Source: Eledone cirrhosa (taxonomy: Eukaryota). From it: 64,000 nt of DNA. The notes beneath the pieces are model-generated. The model saw nothing but the letters and a program-made list of their open reading frames with translations. It was not told the DNA's origin and did not search any database. Location of the stretch: contig OZ024740.1 in the NCBI GenBank assembly GCA_964016885.1, positions 283,836,001 to 283,900,000 of the forward strand. Reading direction: 5' to 3'. A program made the position numbers and the translations under genes. Below, piece after piece: positions 26,580-38,288 of this stretch (the stretch's first letter is position 1; each line of letters opens with the position of its first letter).

Positions 26580-27355
26580 TGAAAATCGGTGCTGCGAAAA
26601 CCAAGACACTTGTCCATCCAAGGAAGCCTGCGCGGTGTCTTCTACATGTGAATAGAGTTCCACTGAAGTAGGTGGGTAAGTTCAAGTATATCGCGGTCGT
26701 GTTTCCGAGTTATGGGAAACAGGAGACTGAATAAGTGCAAGAATTTCATGAGTTGGTGCAGTAATGCGGTAATCAGAAAAATGAAGGTAGGTGTAAAAGT
26801 CAAACTCGTTATCTTCAAATCGGTATTCGTGGCAACCATTACCTTTGATCATGAATCTTGGGTAACCGAAATAATGCAATCGTGAATACCTAGCGGCTGA
26901 AATGGGGTTCGTCCGAGGAGTCTTTGGAGTAACGTTAGTTGATAGGGTGCGTAGAGAATCGTTCCAGTTAGAGCCGCTACTTCTTCGAATTGAGAGATCA
27001 CAGCTCTGATACTATGGGCATGTGATTAGAATGTCTCAGGAACGAATCGCTGGATAGATTTTACAGGCAAAACCAGCCAACAGGAGAGATCAGGGGTAGA
27101 CCCCAAGCAAGATGGTTCCATAATATCTATGAGCTCGACTAGTCACGTTTTGGGGATCCAGCCGGATCTGTTGGAAACGGTTACTTCTGACAGGACCCGC
27201 TGAAAGGAGTGTTTGAGGACTCTACCCCACGACTCTCTGGAGAAGAAGAAGAAGAAGAAGAAGAAGAAGAAGAAGAAGAAGAAGAAGAAGAAGAAGAAGA
27301 AGAAGAAGAAGAAGAAGAAGAAGAAGAAGAAGAAGAAGAAGAAGAAGAAGAAGAA
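26580..27355 (+). mobile_element. RTE-clade LINE 3' fragment followed by (GAA)n
   Basis: Decayed frame with DHESWVT, AAEMGF, EPLLLRIERSQL*YYGHVIRM and RGRPQARW. Confidence 0.75.
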
Positions 27356-27435
27356 AAATATTGAGACATCATACCTGAATGTCACAAATTTAGTTTCCCC
27401 CATTCTCCCTTTCTATCTCCCCTTTTCTCTCTCCC

Positions 27436-27482
<47 letters not shown>

Positions 27483-28142
27483 TCACTCTATCTCTCTCCA
27501 GTTGTGTATATTTATATATGAAATAAGTGCTGGACGCCATTTTATATGATCAACTCATCCTAGCCACGGCTATATTCATCGAAAGTGAATGAATATAAAA
27601 CACTTTATTTAAGGTGTAATTATTTTTTTATGAATAAATATACTGAATTAAATTTCTGCTGTAGCATACTTGGGTGAAAAATTAATTTGTTGCCCAGTTT
27701 AACACCACTACCAACCCTTTTGGCTGCTTTAACGGAGTCTACTCTGCTGTAAGCATTAAAACCAGGTCTCTGGTTTGAAGACAACTTTCTTCCCCTTTCC
27801 CGCCAATGTCGGAAAGGGCCATATGCATTGTCCTTCCCTCCCTGAATAAACAGTAAAAAATAAAATTACTAGAACGAGTTCTAGAACAAACAGGTCTATG
27901 GTAATTTCGAATCCATTTCGAAGCTTTTGAACTATACTGGAGTTACCTGCAAACGGAAGTGGAGGACTGAGCATGCGCCCAATTAGGCAAAGTCCAATGT
28001 ATGTTAGACAGGGTGAAAAACTAAAGTTATAGACGCTGCACAAAGGTTGAAATGAAAATGGAACGTGCATTAGCTGAGCAGTGAAAACACTCATCTAGCC
28101 CTCTCTAGTCTGTTAGCCCTCTCTAGTCATTGTTGCCTTATA

Positions 28143-28445
28143 ATTGTTTCTATTTTTGGCACAAGGCCAGCAATTATCCCTGATGTCTTGTAATAAAGAG
28201 GATAAACATCCCACAACTCTTCTTGGAGTTGTAGAGGCACCGTCATACGGCGTGTCTAGGGCACTTTTAGACCTGGCGGAGCCCAACCTTCCCCAGCTGA
28301 TTTTTTCTATAGATGAACAATCGACCGAGAGGATGAAAGGCTAAGTTGACCCCGGCAGGATTTGAACTCAGAACGCGCATTGAGGCGGGAGGAAAACCGT
28401 AAAGCATTCTATCCGACGTCTTAACGACTCTGCCAAATCGCCGCG
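28143..28445 (-). mobile_element. tRNA-derived SINE variant with a different central body
   Basis: Same head (B-box GTTCAAATC) and the same 3' tail GCTGGCCTTGTGCCAAAAATAGAAAC. Confidence 0.65.
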
Positions 28446-28939
28446 TATACACTAGTATATAAGTTGCACCTTATCCCACGAGAATATGATTTGAAAATCC
28501 AGCAAGTGATTTATCTAAACTATAATAAAGTAAGGAGTGCGGGTCTGCCTCCAGAATATATTTTTTTTATCTCATTTGTAAAATAAGTTGGATTACTTTG
28601 AATAAATAATAAATGAATATTACATAATTTATCTACTAAATTTCGTTATTCTTGATTAAATATAAATAATTTTGTTGCTTATTTTAAGATTCACTTCTTT
28701 AAAATTTTCAAATGTCAGCACTTCCGGTTAGCGATCGCTTAAATAAGCATTCATATATTTCCGTCACTAATTTTCTCCTAATGCAGTTTAAATATAATAT
28801 CGTGTTTCTTTAATGTACCATGGATTACCTTACTGATTACATAAGACGGTGTAACGCAGTCTTCGTTCAATTTCTGTGTATATTGTCAATTACGATTTTA
28901 TTTGATGTATCATATATACATGCATATATACTTGCGTAT

Positions 28940-29118
28940 AATTGTTTCTACTTTAGGCACAAGGCCAGCAAATACCCAGTGCATTACTGGTACTTTATTT
29001 TATCGACCCCGTAAGGATGAAAGGCAAAGTCAACCTCGGCGGGATTTGAACTCAGATCGTAAAGGGACGTAATTATGCTGGAAAGCATTTCCGACCCTCT
29101 ACAGATACTGCCAATCCA
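28940..29118 (-). mobile_element. tRNA-derived SINE
   Basis: Matches the 4838-5471 unit. Confidence 0.85.
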
Positions 29119-29679
29119 TCAATATGCACACTACACATGCTAGCAGAAAACCACCCAAGGATGGTTTTTCTGCTAGCCTACGTAATGGAACTGCTATGCC
29201 ACAATTCAAAAATAAGTGGAACATACTAACGTGTTTAAGTGATTATAATAAATATTCTCGACATCCAAATCTAATTTTATTCAAAGGAAAATAGATATTA
29301 ATTATATTTACAAAGTCAATCAAGAAAATCGGACAATTTTTTGCAAGGGAAATAAGTCTAATATTTAAAATATTATAAAATGTTATTCCCCTTGAATTTT
29401 GTAAGGGACATAACTCTACCAATAAAGATGTTTTAAAAAGTTACTTATCTTAATTATCGCGTTCGTTTTTTTTTTACTTTGTAATATTAATCTAATATGG
29501 TTTTCCCTCCTCCCACGTTGATAAAATAAATCTCAATGAATCTGTTAAATGTAGAACGCCATGGTCCATCACGTTTTGAATCTTATCATTAGTTTGTTGA
29601 TCCCTCACGCATACTTTGTCCTATTACTTTCGGTTTTAGACTTCATATTACATGAAAGAGTTAAAACCTTGTTTAGAAA

Positions 29680-30180
29680 CATTATTTGTAACTTTGCCTT
29701 TCATCCTTACGGGGTCGATAAAATAAAGTACCAGTAATGCACTGGTTAATTGCTGGCCTTATGCCAAAAGTAGAAACAATTATTTGTAAGTGAATTGGCA
29801 GTATCGGTAGAGGATCGGACGCCATGCTTTGCAGCACAGTTACGTCCCTTTATGGACTGAGTTCAAATCCCGCCGCGGTTAACTTTGCCTTTCATCCTTA
29901 CGGGGTCGATAAAATAAACTACCAGTAATGCACTGGGTATTTGCTGGCCTTGTGCCATAAGTAGAAACATATATTTGTAAGTGGATCGGCAGTATTGGTA
30001 GAGTGTCGAACGCTATGCTTTCCAGCATAGTTACGTCCCTTTACGGTCTGAGTTCAAATCCCGCCGAGGTTAACTTCGCTTTTCATCTTTTTGGCGTCGA
30101 TAAAATAAAGTACCAGTAATGCACTGGTACTTTATTGTATAATATCTGGCCTTGTGACAAAAGTAGAAACAATTATTTGT
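29680..30180 (+). mobile_element. Three head-to-tail SINE copies (first one 5'-truncated)
   Basis: SINE core repeated three times, with attatttgtaa-like sequence at each junction. Confidence 0.85.
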
Positions 30181-30379
30181 AAAACTTCATGTTTTAAACT
30201 TTGTTCTAGCTTTAATATGTCATCAATATATATAAACTTTGGGAGGGTCATGTTGCCAATAAGAAACACACGCACCAGTTGCTTTCACTTCAATTTATTA
30301 TAATCAATTTATAAATTTAGCAATTTATATATTTCCGGTTGGTTGGTTGGTTCCACAACCAGATGGTTGTTTATATATT

Positions 30380-30422
30380 GTCAAAGTTCTTTCGTCACAC
30401 ATTCTGTGACCTCTTCAGTGAC
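30380..30422 (-). ncRNA. Type I minimal hammerhead motif
   Basis: Reverse complement of the motif at 30476-30518. Confidence 0.7.
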
Positions 30423-30475
30423 TGGGTATTCTTTTTTTTGTTTTTTCTGCCTCTCCTTTGTCCTGTCCTATGCCA

Positions 30476-30518
30476 GTCACTGAAGAGGTCACAGAATGTG
30501 TGACGAAAGAACTTTGAC
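30476..30518 (+). ncRNA. Type I minimal hammerhead motif
   Basis: gtca-CTGAAGA-gGTCACAgaatgTGTGAC-GAAA-gaac-TT-tgac. Confidence 0.7.
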
Positions 30519-30848
30519 AATATATAAACAACCATCTGGTTGTGGAACCAACCAACCAACCGGAAATTCATAAATTGCTAAATTTATAAATTTATTATAA
30601 TAAATTGAAGTGAAACAACTGGTGCGTGTGTTACTTATTGGCAACATGACGACCCCAAAGTATAACAATATCGGTTTCAACACACGTTTTCAGATAAAGA
30701 ATCTTGCTAAACAAATTCAGAAACGAAATATATAAACTCTTTTCCTATTATATCAAGCGTAAATCTAATAATATATTTCTTCTTTGCACTGTGTCGTTTG
30801 CTTTGTTATATATGTTTGCCTTTTGCATATATATATATATCATATCAA

Positions 30849-30997
<149 letters not shown>

Positions 30998-31103
30998 CGT
31001 GCGTGTGTGTATGTGTGTGTGTCTGTCAAATATTGACTTATAAACTCGAAATAGTCTTTTACAATTAAATAGCTCAAAGAAGGGAATATTTCCGAGCCGT
31101 GTA

Positions 31104-31493
31104 ATACAAATGAATATATGAGGGATGAACACCTATACAATTATACATGTGTTTGAATTGTAAATGACCAAGTTAGCTAGGTTGAAAAATACTTTTTCAA
31201 CCTAGCTAACCTGGTCATTTACAATTTACTTTTCAACCTAGCTAACTTGGTCATTTACAATTTACTTTTCAACCTAGCTAACTTGGTCATTTACAATTTA
31301 CTTTTCAACCTAGCTAACTTGGCCATTTACAATTTACTTTTCAACCTAGCTAACTTGGCCATTTGCAATTAACTTTTCAACCTAGCTAACTTGGTCATTT
31401 ACAATTTACTTTTCAACCTAGCTAACTTGGCCATTTGCAATTCGAACACATGTATAATTGTATAGGTGTTCATCCCTCATATATTCGTTTGTA
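31104..31493. repeat. Fold-back with about 7 internal 36-bp tandem repeats
   Basis: Unit acttttcaacctagctaacttggtcatttacaattt, which is the reverse complement of the inner end of the left arm. Confidence 0.85.
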
Positions 31494-31589
31494 TATATGT
31501 ATATATATATATATATACAAAATATGAGGAAATAATAGACAAAAATATACCTATTTTTTCTTCAAAGTCCCGACTGCTGTTTCGCCGAT

Positions 31590-31654
<65 letters not shown>

Positions 31655-31658
<4 letters not shown>

Positions 31659-31915
31659 AAAGCCCGTCTTAAGCCAGAAGGCTCATTTGGCCGGTGCTTA
31701 TTTCAATTTCATGGCGTGAAGCGACTGTGAGTACAGGACACCAGTCCATTGCAGGGTTAAACCTCCAGCAATTGCTGGTACTCATTTTCAGTTGAGTATA
31801 CCGGAGCAATGTGAAATGAAGTGTTTTGCTCAAGAACACAAGATGCAACCCAGAAATCGAACCCACGACGTTAAGGTATTAAGTTCAACACCCTTATCAC
31901 TAGGCCACATGCCTC
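31655..31915 (-). mobile_element. Second tRNA-derived SINE family (CORE/Deu-like body)
   Basis: Head TGGCCTAGTGATAAGG...GGTTCGATT and body CTTGAGCAAAACACTTCATTTCAC. Other copies at 45745-45988 (+) and about 55335-55470 (-). Confidence 0.75.
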
Positions 31916-31921
31916 CACACA

Positions 31922-32013
<92 letters not shown>

Positions 32014-32755
32014 CGTTCGTGCATGCGTGCGTGTGTGTGTGTGTAAGATCCCATGAAAATATTTATTGCCAGTGTCTGCGCATGTGTATTTAACGGCTTA
32101 AACTAGCCCTACAGTGTGCACCTCCTACTCTTAGTTATGCGCCTCAATGTCCCAAATAATATAATTTCAGCTTGCAGTATGGCAAGCTGACAAGCCTAGT
32201 TTTTTACGCTTCTACGCTTCTTGCTTTAGCCACACTAAAACTGCATGTTTTACTACATAGTCCACAAAAGGGAGAATGTCAGAATCGCTAGCGTTTTGAA
32301 TAGAATGGGTTCTAGTATTCATTCCAGTTCTCTTTGAATTCTGAATTCAATTCCAGTCGAGATCAATTTTACTTTTCATCCTCTTGGGGTTAATAAATAA
32401 AATATGATTCCCTGACTGAGGCCGGTTCTCTCTCTTTCACTCTCTTTCTCCTTCATTCTCTTTCTCTCCCCCCTCTCTCTCGATATATATATATATAAAT
32501 TTCTCTCTCTTTCTCTCTCACTCACTCACACACAGACACACACACACTTTCTCTCTCTCTTTTCATTCTTTCTCTGTTAAAAACGTTCAGTCCGTCATCT
32601 AGCTTAGATTATCAAAAAATATTATACATCAGTAGATGACCAAGGAAAGACGAAAGAGAGATAGAGAGGGGGAAGGAAGGAAGGAAGGAAGGAAGGAAGG
32701 AAGGAAGGAAGGAAGGGGTAATAATTACATATTATGCTAAATATGTATATATATA

Positions 32756-32852
32756 CAAGGTGTCCCCAAAGAATGTATACATACTTCAACAGCATTCTAA
32801 TAAATATTGCCTGCACAGGTAATCATAGTTTGTATACATTTGGGACACCCTG
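32756..32852. mobile_element. Tc1/mariner-type MITE
   Basis: TA-flanked imperfect TIRs: caaggtgtccccaaa(ga)atgtataca / tgtatacatttgggacaccctg. Confidence 0.65.
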
Positions 32853-32858
32853 TATATA

Positions 32859-32894
<36 letters not shown>

Positions 32895-33249
32895 TGTATG
32901 TATATAAGTATGTATATAGAAATGGATAACATATTTTACCTTGGAAGTGATCGTGTCAGTGGAATATTAATAAACTTAAATATTAATAAACGGATGAAAG
33001 AGAACAGACAATTTTCAGTTATACGGAATGACTTTGCTAATAGAAATGACGTCACAAATATTATTGTGACGTCACAAAACAGCTTGCAGACTTTTCTAAA
33101 AAAAAAATAGGAGAGAAAAGCGTATAACATTTAAATAATTGTTTCTACTTTTGGCACAAGGCCAGCAATTACCCCAGTGTATTACTGGTGCTTTATTTTA
33201 TCGACCCCGTAAGGATGAAAGGCAAAGTTAACCTCGGCGGGATTTGAAA

Positions 33250-33530
33250 GGATTTATTACTTAAACGACTTTTTATTAAGAACCTGGATACATTAAATAT
33301 CAAAACAAATATTACTTCAAGAATTATAGCCTGATTGTACTGGGGGGGGGGGGGAAGAAGAAAAAGAAAGAAGGATCAAGCAAAGAAACAAAGGGAAAGG
33401 GGGATGGACAGTCACTACACCCCAGTCTGAACGGTGATACAGCCGTGCCCTGGGGAGAAAACAGCAAAAGCGTTACCGCGGTTAATAGCCAGGGACACCC
33501 GCCGGTTTAACTGGTAGTTAGGCTGTAGGA
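33250..33530 (-). mobile_element. CRE-clade (RLE) non-LTR retrotransposon 3' fragment
   Basis: The minus strand at about 33450-33510 reads NRRVSLAINRGNAFAVFS, resembling the CRE C-terminal 'RLSxAIQRGNA' motif. A pyrimidine-rich UTR and AATAAA follow. Confidence 0.55.
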
Positions 33531-34209
33531 GTTTATTTGTTTCTTTCTTTATCTTGTCCATTAGCTAACCCCTCCTGTTTTTCATGCAATCTATCACATT
33601 CACCTATTCTCTTTCATAGGCTACCTTGTTCAAATGTCAAGCGAGGGTGCATGAAGACACACATGCATATGGAAATACGCTTGTATGAATGACTTGATAA
33701 TTTTGTCTACTTTAGACACAAGGCCAGCAATTTGAAGGGGAAGGGAAAGTCGATTAAATCGATCCCAGTACATTGCAACTGCTTTATTTTATTGACCCCG
33801 TTAGGGTGAAAGGCAAAATTAACCTCGGCGGCATTTGAACTCAGAACGTAAAGGGCCGTATATATGGTCATTACGTTTCAGAAGACGGCGGATTGGCAAA
33901 TTAAAAATGCCTAGATATTTGTTCCAACGTACTGCACCCCGAGTTCGATTCTCGTCGGGGTCAACGAGATGTTGTAAATAAGCTACCATTCTAATACTGG
34001 GGTCTATTTTTTCTCTTTATTTCTTTGAAAGAAATTGACTATATTCAGACCTGGATAAGGATAGGCTCCACCATGTTTTAAATGCCCGAGAAACGCTATG
34101 AGTCAAGACAGTGCCCCAACGATTCTGCCTTTCCATTACGATTGCGTTTCAGTGTTGTGACATGATTTGAGAAATAATCTGGAACATATGATATCTTTAG
34201 ATATCAATG

Positions 34210-34405
34210 CCTAGATGAAAAGAAAATAAGAGGTTGGAGTTTGTGACTCCAGCACCCAAGTACTTGTTTTCAATGGCTGCTGTGCATGACTGTATCTTTG
34301 AACTGGTTCATCATCATCCTTATTCTCTTGATTTGGCCTCATCTGACTATCATCTGTTCGCCAACATGAAAAAACACTTGCTTTAGAACCTGTATCGCAG
34401 TAACA
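34210..34405 (+). pseudogene. Mariner transposase C-terminal fragment
   Basis: FSMAAVHDCIFELVHHHPYSLDLASSDYHLFANMKKHL, matching the YSPDLAPxD motif. Confidence 0.8.
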
Positions 34406-34849
34406 AATACTGGATTAAGCTAAACAATTGTTTCCTCGCCGAAATTGTGTGGTTTTGTCCCATGATAGGGTAATCTTTCTAAATGATACATTTTATCTTT
34501 CTGGCAACAAATATATCTTTATACTAAAGAGAGCACCTCAAATTTCCTGAGGTGTCATAGTAGAGAATGAAACGAGAGTTTATGTTCCACTGATCGAGTT
34601 TGTTAAATAAACGTATCTGAAAGAATTATCTCCCTTAGACACTAGGCTACGGAACTTTAAAAATGTTTAGCCTGTTGGCAGTATATCTGCCCAAATTCCA
34701 TGCTACATCTGTCGTAAAATTCTGAGGTCAGTCATCTTCTAAGGGCCCACAGCAAAAAAAAAGAAACAAAAGAAAATTTGTGACAAGTTGATAGGTTGAT
34801 AACTGCAACAAGGAAGTAGTTTTGCTCCAATTCAAGTCCAAGGCCAAAT

Positions 34850-34856
34850 TATACAC

Positions 34857-34893
<37 letters not shown>

Positions 34894-34937
34894 AATACAC
34901 ACACACACACACATATATATATACATTATATATACAC

Positions 34938-34978
<41 letters not shown>

Positions 34979-35007
34979 TGTATATATATTTATATATATA
35001 TATATAC

Positions 35008-35065
<58 letters not shown>

Positions 35066-35102
35066 TAAAATAACAGATTTTAGTCTTGAAATTTATTATT
35101 AT

Positions 35103-35137
<35 letters not shown>

Positions 35138-35157
35138 ATATATATTTATATATATAT

Positions 35158-35195
<38 letters not shown>

Positions 35196-35215
35196 ATATA
35201 TATTTATATATATAT

Positions 35216-35279
<64 letters not shown>

Positions 35280-35288
35280 ATATATATT

Positions 35289-35351
<63 letters not shown>

Positions 35352-35511
35352 GTTAAATTCCTGAAAACTGTAGAGTGCTCAACTAATCGGGCTGGAAAGT
35401 GCCAATCGTATATGTAATATCGAATATGCTGCGATCAATCCCGGTTGGAGCTGTATAAATGGAATTACTTCATTTATATATTTATATATATATATATATA
35501 TATTGTATATA

Positions 35512-35561
<50 letters not shown>

Positions 35562-35588
35562 ATATATATTTATATATATATATATAAG

Positions 35589-35636
<48 letters not shown>

Positions 35637-35685
35637 TATATATATATATATGTATATATACATACATATATATATATATATATAT
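34850..35685. repeat. Compound (TA)n microsatellite tract
   Basis: Directly visible. Confidence 0.95.
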
Positions 35686-37391
35686 AAAGATGAAATGCAG
35701 TTCGGGTTTGTGTCAGGCAAAAGTACCACAGACGCTCTTTTCATAGTACGACAACTACAGGAGAAGTACCTAGCTAAAGGTAAACCCCTCTACTTAGCTT
35801 TTGTCGACTTGGAGAAAGCCTTCGACAGAGTCCCCCGCTCCATTATCTGGTGGGCTCTTAGAAAACTAGGCGTTGACGAATGGCTTGTGAGGGCTATACA
35901 AGCCATGTATAAAGAAACAGTCAGCAAGGTTAGAATTAACAACGAATATAGTGAAGAGTTTAGCGTAAAAGTTGGCGTCCATCAGGGCTCTGTTCTCAGC
36001 CCCCTACTATTTATTATTGCCCTTCAGGCTATAACAGAGGAGTTCAAGACAGGCTGCCCATGGGAACTCCTATACGCAGACGACCTGACACTCATAGCGG
36101 AATCAATGGCCGAGCTAGAGAAGAAATTCCAAACATGGAAGCACGGCCTAGAGTCAAAAGGACTTAAAATTAACCTGGCTAAGACCAAAGTTCTAGTTTG
36201 TAGGAAAGAAAACAAGGCGGCGGTCCCTTCTGGGAAATGGTCGTGCTCGGTGTGTAGGAAAGGCGTAGGTAGAAACTCCATTTTGTGTCCTAAATGCAAA
36301 GTATGGGTGCATAAAAGATGTAGTGGGATCACAGGTAAGCTAACTAAGAACATAGATTTTACATGTGGCCGGTGTTCTGGTGCAATAAGTAGCAGCAAGT
36401 GCCCACACAATACTAGCTCTTTCAATTGCGCAGAGGGTTCTATAGAAATAGTGGACAGCTTCCGTTACCTGGGCGATAAAATCAGCAGTGGGGGAGGGTG
36501 CTCTGAAAGTACTGTAGCTAGAGTCAGAACTGGTTGGAAAAAGTTCAGAGAGCTTATACCACTATTAGCTGCTAAAGGGTTCTCCCTAAAAATGAAAGGC
36601 AGGTTGTACGATGCCTGCATACGAACAGCAATGTTGCATGGCAGTGAGACCTGGGCATTGTGTGCAGAGGATATACGCAGACTAGAGAGGAACGAAGCTT
36701 GCATGCTCCGCTGGATGTGTAACAGTAATATACGTGAACGGCAAAGCATAAACGAACTAAGGAAAAAATTAGAGATAAGAGGGATCAGATGTTGTTTACT
36801 CGAGAGAAGGCTACGTTGGTATGGACACGTGATGCGCATGAAAGTCGATAGCTGTATAACAAAGTGCAAGGCAATAAAGATAGACGGTAGCCACGGAATA
36901 GGCAGACCTAGAAAAACCTGGGACGAGCTGATAAACTCCGACCTCACACACTTACACCTCTCCAAGACAATGTCACTGGACCGAGACCTTTGGCGGTACT
37001 CAGTAACAGAGAAGACCCGCCTTGCCAGTAGGCATCTCTAACAAAATACACCCCGTCCCACCACCCCCACCCCATCCACACCACCCCGTCCTATGTAAAG
37101 TTATGTTGGTGCCGCGCCATCCGGGCCGAAACAAATGAGATCGTGTAGGTGTCACGACAAAAAACACACAGTCCACGCTGTAATGTGGCCGTGTAGGCAA
37201 CACGGTAAAAACCTCCCAGACCCACACTGTAAATGTGGTTGGTGTTAGGAAGGGCATCCAACTGTAGAAAACCTGCCAGACAGTCCTATGCGAGCAAGAC
37301 AATCACTCTTGCCTCAAGTGGGACTACCCCCGTCCAAACCCATGCAAGCGTGGAACACGGACGTTAAACGTTGATGATGATGATGATGATG
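35686..37391 (+). mobile_element. RTE-clade LINE, 5'-truncated, with intact RT frame and (GAT)n tail
   Basis: Open frame from DEMQFGF to the stop at 37041, containing [26 protein letters not shown], a PHD-like CxxC insert and RLRWYGHV. The 3' UTR ends in (GAT)n. Confidence 0.92.
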
Positions 37392-37464
37392 AAAGAAAAA
37401 GAGATGAAATCGAAAATGCAACTGGAGTCTTATTTTTTTTTTAAATATATATATTTATTTGGTT

Positions 37465-37502
37465 CCTTTACCGGTTTCGCAGTTCTTCTGCTTTTCAAAA
37501 GG
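37465..37502 (-). ncRNA. Type I minimal hammerhead motif, U3:A8 variant
   Basis: cctt-TTGAAAA-GCAGaagaaCTGC-GAAA-CCGG-TA-aagg. All stems pair. Confidence 0.75.
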
Positions 37503-37574
37503 TGAGTTGAGATGGAGGGTCTGTGGTTTTTCTCACATCTGTAAGAAAAACCACAGACCCTCCATCTCAACTCA

Positions 37575-37612
37575 CCTTTTGAAAAACAGAAGAACTGCGA
37601 AACCGGTAAAGG
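37575..37612 (+). ncRNA. Type I minimal hammerhead motif, U3:A8 variant (G10.1 mutated to A)
   Basis: cctt-TTGAAAA-aCAGaagaaCTGc-GAAA-CCGG-TA-aagg. Confidence 0.6.
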
Positions 37613-37743
37613 AACCAAATAAATATATATATTTTTTTTTTAAATAAGACTCCAGTTGCATTTTCGATTTCATCTCTTTTTCTTTATACTTTCACTCGTG
37701 TAGGACACCTCGGTTATTTTTCATTTTGTAAAAGAAACCTTAC

Positions 37744-37797
<54 letters not shown>

Positions 37798-37895
37798 GGT
37801 ATAGAAAACATTGTAGCAAAAAGCCAACAGTATTCCATAGTATATACGTAATAAACGAAGCCAAATTTTAAACGTTTGATTTATTTATTTTATTT

Positions 37896-37956
<61 letters not shown>

Positions 37957-38160
37957 AACAAGTAAGACCCCAACGGCTGAGCTCAAGCCGTTTCGACGGC
38001 TAATTCTGGACCAGAATTATTGTCCAGAATTAGCCGTCGAAACGGCTTGAGCTCAGCCGTCGGGGGGTCTTACTTGTTCCTATTACCCACTCTACTACCC
38101 TAAGTATTGAGTACTTTGGTGCGTTATGGTCCACCTGGTTCCTTACCACATTTCCTTCGT

Positions 38161-38191
<31 letters not shown>

Positions 38192-38233
38192 AAATAAAAT
38201 AAATCAAACGTTTAAAATTTGGCTTCGTTTATT

Positions 38234-38288
38234 ACTGCTATATATATTTCGGTGACAGCCATCTTTGGCTGTGACCTCTTCAGGCAGT
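38234..38288 (-). ncRNA. Type I hammerhead ribozyme motif, canonical core
   Basis: actgc-CTGAAGA-GGTcACAGCCAaagaTGGCTGTcACC-GAAA-TATATA-TA-gcagt, followed by AATAAA. Confidence 0.8.

Larger units (their letters stand above)
30236..30725. repeat. Fold-back pLTR-like element with two hammerheads
   Basis: Arms at about 30236-30424 and 30474-30661 are inverted. The same family occurs at 45229-45720. Confidence 0.85.
37392..37685. repeat. Near-perfect fold-back of about 140 bp per arm, with two U3:A8 hammerheads
   Basis: Arms at about 37392-37533 and 37541-37685. Confidence 0.9.

Noticed and set aside
27756-28094. 112-aa ORF, and similar short ORFs at 54741-55138 and 56667-57011, as host exons
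   Set aside because: No recognisable domain or convincing splice structure. Non-coding exons cannot be excluded without RNA data.
33045-33076. Paired TGACGTCA (CRE-site) palindrome as a promoter
   Set aside because: The motif is real, but no linked gene or TSS evidence is present in the window.
35503-35685. N-terminal part of the 512-aa ORF
   Set aside because: It is translated (TA)n. The real RTE homology starts at DEMQFGF (about 35689).
36200-36400. PHD-like Cys/His insert in the RTE RT as a novel gene capture
   Set aside because: The same insert appears in the older RTE copies here (about 44000 and 61200), so it is a family feature rather than a locus-specific capture.
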